In this document: positions 58,005-64,000 of the stretch, piece by piece
Numbering within the stretch: the stretch's first letter is position 1
Layout: each line of letters opens with the position of its first letter
Source: an uncultured Candidatus Saccharibacteria bacterium
Lineage (GTDB): Bacteria; Patescibacteriota; Andersenbacteria; UBA10190
Reading direction: 5' to 3'
Assembly: GCA_964371255.1 (NCBI GenBank)
Contig: CAYJKV010000001.1
Location: forward strand, 163,140 to 227,139
Length of the DNA stretch: 64,000 nt
The notes under the pieces: model-generated
The model's database searches: none
What the model was told of the DNA's origin: nothing
Seen by the model: the letters and a program-made list of their open reading frames with translations, nothing else
Translations under genes and position numbers: made by a program

Positions 58005-58628
58005 ATGAAGAAAGTAATAAAAAACATTATCAGGTCGGACAAGTTCAATGAGAAATATTTCAAGACAGGAAATTATGAGAATTATGAGGAAAATGCGCGG
58101 TTCTGGACTGGACGGGTGGCAAGACAGATAAAAAGGACGAGCAAAAAGCCGAGGCCGCGGATTCTTGACGTGGGTTGTGCTCATGGATATTTGATGACAG
58201 CAGCTCAGAACATTGGCTGTGATGTAGAAGGATTGGAATATTCGGACTATGTAATAAAGGAAGCAATAGAGGGAGTGCGCGGGAAAATTAAGAAGGGCAG
58301 TATCCTTAGGGGTGGTTTTAAAAATGATGAATTTGATGTGGTGGCTTGTTTCAATGTTTTAGAATATATACCGGAGGAGAAAATCGAGTTGGCATTAAAC
58401 AATTTAGTGAAATGGACCAACGACTTAATATTTTTTACGACATGTTTTAAGCATTCGCGCTATTCGTCACAAAAACATAGCCCTGACGAGTTACGAATGA
58501 CCATAAAAACCGAAAAGGAATGGATAGAGCTTTTTCATGATGTTGGCGCAGCACACCTGGCAACATTTTACGACGGAGGTGGCGGCGATGTATTAATATT
58601 CACAAAGAAGCATGGACAAAGAAATTGA
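58005..58628 (+). CDS. Class I SAM-dependent methyltransferase
   Basis: Motif I ILDVGCAHGYLM, with an acidic motif II and motif III. Confidence 0.78.
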   Translation: MKKVIKNIIRSDKFNEKYFKTGNYENYEENARFWTGRVARQIKRTSKKPRPRILDVGCAHGYLMTAAQNIGCDVEGLEYSDYVIKEAIEGVRGKIKKGSILRGGFKNDEFDVVACFNVLEYIPEEKIELALNNLVKWTNDLIFFTTCFKHSRYSSQKHSPDELRMTIKTEKEWIELFHDVGAAHLATFYDGGGGDVLIFTKKHGQRN

Positions 58629-59997
58629 GGTGAGCACGACGATAGAAGCAGCGGGCATCAAAGTTATAGTTGATGGTCATGCGATGCTGTTAAAGTATCC
58701 TGATCAGGTTTGGCGTTCTTATCCCCAGCCGGCGAAAGAAGTGCTTAGGGATAACGTGGCTTTAAGCAGCACATTATTCGTACCGCAAATAATGGATAGC
58801 CAGCGGATAAAATATGATACATCGCGACCAGTGAGTGAGGCTTTCTTATTCAAGAATGGCATCTATGACATGCCAAACTCAGCACTAACGGATGGAGCGT
58901 CATCGATTTCTTACATAAAAAAGTTTTTTAACACAGTGGCGGTTTTTAGGAATAATGAGATTCGTCTCCAGCCATGCGATGCTAATCACCGGCAGGCAAA
59001 TAAAAATATTATGGTGGTTCCTTTCACCTTTGGGAAAGATAGTATGTTGACCGCTGCCCTGGCGCAGGAGATAGGTATCAAGCCATATTTAGTGTATTTT
59101 ATTGAACCGGCACATTTACACGAGCATAGACATAAGAAAAGATTAAAAAAATCATTCAGCCGAAAAACAGGTCTAATATTAGAAGAGGTGGAGAACGAGC
59201 CGGGGAGGATGCGATACGGCAGGTTGTGGGGGAAAGATACTGAATTGGGGTGGGGGTTGCAAACAACCGAATACGCAATGATGTTGTTACCATTCCTTCA
59301 TTTCTATGATGCGATGTATGTTGGTTTAGGCAATGAACATTCTTGCGGTGAAGCTGGTTTAAACGGAGAGGGGGTACTGACACATTGGACTGGTTACGAT
59401 CAACATCCAGATTGGACTGCACAACAAAGTTTGTTGGTATCGCTCATGGGGGGAGCACAAAGGAGAGTGGTAAGTTTGGTGGAACCATTGCACGAGATTG
59501 CAGAAGTAGCAATTTTGCATAGAAGGTATCCGCAATTTGGCCAGTTTCATACCTCGTGTTTGGCAATAGGGCGAGGGGCGGAGAGAAATCGATGGTGCCA
59601 ACGATGTGAGAAGTGCGGGGTGATGTATACTTTTTTAAAGGCTTTAAATGTCGATGTGCGTCGGATTGGATTTACCGAAAACTTGTTAGACAAAGAGCAC
59701 TATGAACTCTTTAAAAACTTGTTTAATGCAACCAACTCCCCTTTATTTTATGCAGTAGATGAAGAAATTTATTTAGCTATGTATATGGCTATGAAGCGGG
59801 GTGCAGAGGGGGAAGTACTGCGAGTCTTTGCGAAGAAAGTATTGCCAAGATATAAGAGGTTGGTGAGAAAATACAGCCAGGAATTTTTCAGCGCCCATCC
59901 GACTAATAATCTGCCAGATGATATCGGGCGTAAGTTGTTTAGGATATATGATGAGGAGTTGGGTAAAGTTCGTCTTGAAATTGAAGCGTTAGGATAA
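58612..59997 (+). CDS. PP-loop (adenine-nucleotide alpha-hydrolase) superfamily ATPase with C-terminal Cys4 cluster (amidotransferase/QueC/WbpG-like)
   Basis: Degenerate PP-loop FTFGKDS, and a C-x11-C-x2-C-x2-C cluster (CLAIGRGAERNRWCQRCEKC). Start overlaps the upstream gene by 17 nt. Confidence 0.65.
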   Translation: MDKEIEVSTTIEAAGIKVIVDGHAMLLKYPDQVWRSYPQPAKEVLRDNVALSSTLFVPQIMDSQRIKYDTSRPVSEAFLFKNGIYDMPNSALTDGASSISYIKKFFNTVAVFRNNEIRLQPCDANHRQANKNIMVVPFTFGKDSMLTAALAQEIGIKPYLVYFIEPAHLHEHRHKKRLKKSFSRKTGLILEEVENEPGRMRYGRLWGKDTELGWGLQTTEYAMMLLPFLHFYDAMYVGLGNEHSCGEAGLNGEGVLTHWTGYDQHPDWTAQQSLLVSLMGGAQRRVVSLVEPLHEIAEVAILHRRYPQFGQFHTSCLAIGRGAERNRWCQRCEKCGVMYTFLKALNVDVRRIGFTENLLDKEHYELFKNLFNATNSPLFYAVDEEIYLAMYMAMKRGAEGEVLRVFAKKVLPRYKRLVRKYSQEFFSAHPTNNLPDDIGRKLFRIYDEELGKVRLEIEALG

Positions 59998-59999
59998 TT

Positions 60000-61082
60000 G
60001 TGAAAAGTCAGGTAACGCACAACGAGATGGTGGCAATGCTCCCTTTGAGGTGGGAGGCGGGTGGGTGGCTAGGGGATATGGAGGATAGGTTTTTCTTGTC
60101 TTTTGCTGACGCTTGGCAGCAAATAATGAAACACCTAAGTCCGATAAATAGCACCATATTAGTACCGAACTTTTATTGTCCGGACACTTTAGCTTTGTAC
60201 GGAAAATACGGCACGCTAGTATTTTATAAGACCAATAATGATTTGACGATAAATATTCAGTCATACACAGAGGCTGTTCGCTTGTACAGCCCGGGAATGA
60301 TTATTAACTATGGCTATATTTCCTCGCCCGTATGCGATGATCGGGTAAGGCAAATATTAAAAGCGTCCCCGGACATAATTGTGATAGAGGATTGTGCGCA
60401 TCGGCTTTTGACCAAGGAAGACGTAATATTTGTACATCAGAACCATTTCTATATTGACAGCATAAGGAAACAAACCGGCATGCTGGGCAGTCATGTGATG
60501 GACCGGTCGCAATGCTTGAAGAAGGAGAAAATATCAAGAATCAATACGTATAAAATAAAAGTGACCGGGATGAAGTTTTTACAGGAATTAATTAATTTAA
60601 TGACTTACTGGACCCAGTCCAGAAGGTTGCATTTGATCAGTGATGCTGTTTTTGAAGCGCTGGATGGGATGATTGGAAGTGATGCGAAGCCAACCTTAGG
60701 TAATACAGTGTTTCACTCTTTGTGGAATCACCTCGATCTGGTGAAACTAACAGATTATAAAAAACAACTGGCAAGAGGTTATCTGGAAAAATTGAAGTTA
60801 GTACAACACAAGAATTTCTATGTGCCGCCTTTGGCTGACAGAAACCTTTCTTATTTTCCGTGTCTGGTTTATGGCGAGGACAATGAACGATTAGTTGAAT
60901 ACTTAGCGGCGAGGAATATTTCGATTGGATCATTGTGGGATTTACCGGTGAAACCGATGGAGGGTCTGAATAAATCTTTGTATGAATCTGTGCTGGTATT
61001 GCCCTTAACGTGGAAAACAAAAATAGAGGATGTCGCGCGGGTGGGTAGCGAGATAGAGAAATTCTTTATGAGAAAGAAATAA
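60000..61082 (+). CDS. DegT/DnrJ/EryC1/StrS family PLP-dependent enzyme (sugar aminotransferase-like)
   Basis: Alignable DegT blocks (VPNFYCPDT, IIVIEDCAHRL, SIRKQTG with a Lys). Starts 3 nt after the upstream stop. Confidence 0.7.
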   Translation: MKSQVTHNEMVAMLPLRWEAGGWLGDMEDRFFLSFADAWQQIMKHLSPINSTILVPNFYCPDTLALYGKYGTLVFYKTNNDLTINIQSYTEAVRLYSPGMIINYGYISSPVCDDRVRQILKASPDIIVIEDCAHRLLTKEDVIFVHQNHFYIDSIRKQTGMLGSHVMDRSQCLKKEKISRINTYKIKVTGMKFLQELINLMTYWTQSRRLHLISDAVFEALDGMIGSDAKPTLGNTVFHSLWNHLDLVKLTDYKKQLARGYLEKLKLVQHKNFYVPPLADRNLSYFPCLVYGEDNERLVEYLAARNISIGSLWDLPVKPMEGLNKSLYESVLVLPLTWKTKIEDVARVGSEIEKFFMRKK

Positions 61083-61112
61083 CTGGGACACGGGCGCTAA
61101 AAAGCGCAGCAG

Positions 61113-61301
61113 TTATTTTTTATTACGGTTTTGCTGTTTGATGCACTTGGTGCAAGCCAAAACTTTTTTCCCCAGGAAGGTAGTCTTTTGCAGGTTGGGC
61201 TTGAAGAACCGGTTGCCGGTGACGTTGCGGTGGCCGCGCAAAAGAACTCGGGTGTGACCGACTGATTTGCTTTTCTGACAGATTGCACATGATTTAGCCA
61301 T
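61113..61301 (-). CDS. rpmB: 50S ribosomal protein L28 (zinc-ribbon form)
   Basis: MAKSCAICQKSKSVGHTRVLLRGHRNVTGNRFFKPNLQKTTFLGKKVLACTKCIK has the L28 pattern with CxxC...CxxC. The track ORF is over-extended upstream. Confidence 0.75.
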   Translation of the reverse strand: MAKSCAICQKSKSVGHTRVLLRGHRNVTGNRFFKPNLQKTTFLGKKVLACTKCIKQQNRNKK

Positions 61302-61487
61302 GGATAATATATAGACGATAATTAAAGGTTTGGCAAGCCGGGAGGCTAAAGAACAACTACCAAGAAAGAGCAATGCAAAATCTTGGAATCTTGGTAAGGT
61401 GAGGAGGATGCTAATCGTGATTTGTTGGTTGAAGTGGTTAAGCTAATCAAACTTCACCTTTTGCTTTTTTAGCTTTAATCTAAAGTT

Positions 61488-62165
61488 ATGTTGTTACAAG
61501 CGATGGCGATTGATCCGACGCTCAGTATTGGGGCAATGGTGATTGCACTAGCAGTCGCAATTATTTTTCATGAAGTGGCGCACGGAGTGGCGGCGTTGTG
61601 GCTGGGTGATCCCACGGCAAAATATGCCGGCAGGCTCACGTTGAATCCCCTCAAGCACATCGACAAGTGGGGTACTATCCTGGTGCCGCTGATGCTTTTA
61701 TTGTTTGCCCGGATCGCCGGAGGCGGATTTATTTTTGGCTGGGCGAAACCGGTACCCGTTAACTACTATAACTTAAGAAATGGCAAATATGGGCCGATGA
61801 TGGTCGCTTTGGCCGGGCCCGCAACGAATTTGGCGATCTTGGTTGTAACGGGAATATTAGCCAGAATATCGCCAACTGGGACTTCGCTACCTTATTTATT
61901 CGGAGTAGTGGCGGTAGTTAACGGCTGGCTGATGATGTTTAATCTATTGCCGATACCACCGTTGGACGGGTCGAAAGTACTATATGTGCTGTTAGATAAA
62001 AGGCCGGATATTATTCAGATTTTAGAACGCAACGGAATGTATATTTTGATATTCTTTATTATTTTTGGCGGTAAAATATTAGAATTGATTTCCATTCCGG
62101 CCTTGTTGCTGGTAAACGCAACGGCGGGTACCGCAGTGCTGCAGATAGTATTGCAGAACATTTGA
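61488..62165 (+). CDS. M50-family (site-2 protease-like) membrane zinc metalloprotease
   Basis: HEVAH (HExxH) in a TM helix and a second conserved motif (LNLLPIPPLDGSKV). Confidence 0.8.
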   Translation: MLLQAMAIDPTLSIGAMVIALAVAIIFHEVAHGVAALWLGDPTAKYAGRLTLNPLKHIDKWGTILVPLMLLLFARIAGGGFIFGWAKPVPVNYYNLRNGKYGPMMVALAGPATNLAILVVTGILARISPTGTSLPYLFGVVAVVNGWLMMFNLLPIPPLDGSKVLYVLLDKRPDIIQILERNGMYILIFFIIFGGKILELISIPALLLVNATAGTAVLQIVLQNI

Positions 62166-62208
62166 CCGGAAATCTAAAAAATAAAAGCCAAATGCCAAGT
62201 CTGTTTTG

Positions 62209-62237
62209 TTGACAGGTAGGGCAGAGATTGTTTATAT
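62209..62237 (+). promoter_or_regulatory. Sigma70-like promoter candidate for the rpsL-rpsG-fusA operon (TTGACA - 17 nt - TTATAT)
   Basis: ttgacaggtagggcagagattgtttatat, about 105 nt upstream of the rpsL GTG. Confidence 0.45.
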
Positions 62238-62343
62238 TTAGGTTTGCATCAAAAGGTGGTGCAAAGGAAGACGCGAGTTTAATTACGTAATAAACTGGTT
62301 TTTGTAGTCGCCAGGCGGCGATAATTATTTATTAAGTCACATT

Positions 62344-62760
62344 GTGCCAACAGCAAACCAACTGATTCGCAAGGGGCGAAAAAGAAAAACAAGGAAATCT
62401 AAGACACCGGCTTTACGGAGCGCTTTTAACCTGCTAAGAAATAAGCCTGTTCATAAGGACTCGCCGTTCAAAAGAGGCGTGTGTTTGCAAGTGAAGACGA
62501 TGACACCGAGCAAGCCAAATTCAGCTTTGCGGAAAGTTGCCCGGGTCCGTTTAACGAATGGGCATGAGGTAACGGCCTATATTCCGGGCGAAGGGCATAA
62601 TCTGCAGGAACACTCGATAGTATTAGTTAGAGGCGGACGACGTAAGGATTTAGTAGGGGTGCGTTATATTATAGTGCGCGGCATGTTGGATACCTCCGGC
62701 GTGGAAGCGCGGAGAAATGCGCGCAGCCGGTATGGAGCTAAGAGACCCAAAGAAGCGTAA
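62344..62760 (+). CDS. rpsL: 30S ribosomal protein S12
   Basis: (M)[11 protein letters not shown]...[24 protein letters not shown], with a GTG start. Confidence 0.95.
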   Translation: MPTANQLIRKGRKRKTRKSKTPALRSAFNLLRNKPVHKDSPFKRGVCLQVKTMTPSKPNSALRKVARVRLTNGHEVTAYIPGEGHNLQEHSIVLVRGGRRKDLVGVRYIIVRGMLDTSGVEARRNARSRYGAKRPKEA

Positions 62761-62805
62761 AGGCAGAGGGTATTTTAAGAAAGAGAATAAGTTTTAAAGC
62801 AAGAT

Positions 62806-63282
62806 ATGCCACGAAAGAAAAGAGTATATAAGAATAAGAAATTTTTAAAACCAGACCCCAAGTTCGGTAATTTGATGCTATCAAGGTTTATTAATCAGAT
62901 TATGCGCCGAGGCAAGAAGTCGATTGCGCAGAAAGTAGTATATGGGGCACTGGATATTGTGTCAGAAAAAACAAAGGATGATCCATTGATGGTGTTTGAC
63001 GCGGCGATCAGAAACGTAGCGCCCGTGTTAGAGGTAAAGGGCAAGCGAATTGGCGGAGCTAATTATCAGATAGCGCAAGAAGTGAGAGGAGATAGGCGTG
63101 AGACCCTAGCGATGCGCTGGCTTAAGGAGGCGGCTCGAACAAGAAGTGGCAAAGCGATGGCGGAAAAGTTGGCGGCGGAGCTGATTGACGCATCGAACAA
63201 AGAAGGCGGCGCGATGAAACGACGGGAAGAAGTGCACCGCATGGCAGAAGCAAATCGAGCATTTTCTCACTTTGCCCGATAA
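62806..63282 (+). CDS. rpsG: 30S ribosomal protein S7
   Basis: Canonical S7 sequence ([28 protein letters not shown]). Confidence 0.95.
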   Translation: MPRKKRVYKNKKFLKPDPKFGNLMLSRFINQIMRRGKKSIAQKVVYGALDIVSEKTKDDPLMVFDAAIRNVAPVLEVKGKRIGGANYQIAQEVRGDRRETLAMRWLKEAARTRSGKAMAEKLAAELIDASNKEGGAMKRREEVHRMAEANRAFSHFAR

Positions 63283-63293
63283 TAACTTTCAAT

Positions 63294-63316
63294 TCTTCCC
63301 TAAGGGATCCCTTCGG
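63294..63316 (+). promoter_or_regulatory. Conserved 3'-UTR motif, copy 3 (TTCCCTAAGGGATCCCTTCGGGG), 12 nt after the rpsG stop, in the rpsG-fusA spacer
   Basis: Read directly. Confidence 0.55.
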
Positions 63317-63365
63317 GGCAAGGCTCAATTTTCAAATAAATTTCAATAACAAATTTTTAAACGAC

Positions 63366-64000
63366 GTGGCTGACAAAAAACAATTTCCTCAAGTAGCAAT
63401 CGATAAGGTAAGAAACTTTGGTATTATTGCGCATATTGATGCCGGGAAGACGACCGTGTCGGAACGCGTTTTATTTTATACCGGACTGACGCATAAGATC
63501 GGGGAAGTGCATGAGGGAGCAGCGGTTATGGACTGGATGGATCAGGAGAGAGAGCGGGGCATTACTATTACCTCGGCGGCGACGACGGCTTTCTGGAAAG
63601 ACCACCGCTTAAATCTAATTGATACGCCGGGGCACGTAGATTTTACTATTGAAGTGGAACGCAGCTTGCGGGTGTTGGATGGCGCGGTCGTAGTATTTGA
63701 CGGAGTAGCCGGAGTAGAACCACAGAGTGAAACTGTCTGGAGACAAGCTGACAAATATAAAGTGCCGCGGATGTGTTTCATTAATAAATTAGACCGCACC
63801 GGCGCTGACTTTTGGAAAGCAGTTGCTTCTATCCATGAGCGGCTGACTAAAAATACGGTCGTGATGACGCTGCCGATTGGGACGGAGGAAAAGTTTGATG
63901 GATTAGTTGATCTGATAACGGAAAAAGCCTGGTATTTTATGGGTGAGCGAGGCGAGAAGATCGAGACCAAGGAAGTACCAGAAGAGATGAAAGAAGAAGT
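63366..64000 (+). CDS. fusA: Elongation factor G, N-terminal part (continues beyond window)
   Basis: GTG start, then [40 protein letters not shown]...DTPGHVDF (G1-G3 motifs). Missing from the ORF track because it has no in-window stop. Confidence 0.9.
   Translation, partial: MADKKQFPQVAIDKVRNFGIIAHIDAGKTTVSERVLFYTGLTHKIGEVHEGAAVMDWMDQERERGITITSAATTAFWKDHRLNLIDTPGHVDFTIEVERSLRVLDGAVVVFDGVAGVEPQSETVWRQADKYKVPRMCFINKLDRTGADFWKAVASIHERLTKNTVVMTLPIGTEEKFDGLVDLITEKAWYFMGERGEKIETKEVPEEMKEE

Noticed and set aside
1-64000. CRISPR arrays, IS elements, integrases, rRNA genes, alternative genetic code
   Set aside because: No regularly spaced direct repeats, transposase/integrase-like ORFs or rRNA-like conserved blocks were seen. 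Genes terminate sensibly with TAA/TAG/TGA under the standard code.

Overview
This 64 kb window looks like a compact, gene-dense bacterial chromosome segment. It is about 45% GC by eye and uses the standard genetic code. The gene content resembles a reduced-genome, CPR/Patescibacteria-like organism, but that placement is inference only. Most genes are housekeeping: recO, glyQS, leuS, hisS, parAB, topA-dprA, mfd, ftsA-ftsZ, a split comEC, ndk, tgt, pth, lepB, an LCP protein, ybeY, dgkA, rpsU, rpmB and the rpsL-rpsG-fusA operon. Between them sit several large cell-surface repeat proteins (DUF11-like, FG-GAP/PKD, TSP3 calcium-binding repeats). Two tRNAs were found by hand-folding: tRNA-Leu(CAA) on the minus strand and tRNA-Pro(GGG) on the plus strand. 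I saw no CRISPR array, IS element, integrase or rRNA.

The parts that stand out are:
- a tRNA-Pro-adjacent, translationally coupled five-gene operon at 54.5-61.1 kb (tandem ATP-grasp ligase, enolase-superfamily dipeptide epimerase, SAM methyltransferase, PP-loop ATPase with a Cys4 cluster, DegT-like PLP enzyme), a candidate uncharacterised peptide or glycan biosynthesis/modification system;
- a 30 bp 12-6-12 palindrome in four copies, flanking a YerC/TrpR-like regulator gene on both sides and sitting twice directly upstream of topA, which suggests a small regulon;
- a second 12 bp-arm palindrome in two copies (11.1 kb and 48.7 kb), one of them in front of a GC-rich, SD-bearing, apparently foreign gene;
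- families of G-poor, C/A-rich short dispersed repeats and a conserved 22 nt motif (TTCCCTAAGGGATCCCTTCGGG) that recur just downstream of stop codons;
- two roughly 125 bp inverted-repeat-bounded structured elements (18.97-19.10 kb and 54.17-54.29 kb), and tiny SD-led ORFs inside a 780 bp non-coding gap;
- many native genes have a TATAAT-like hexamer 5-9 nt before the start codon with no Shine-Dalgarno sequence, consistent with leaderless mRNAs.
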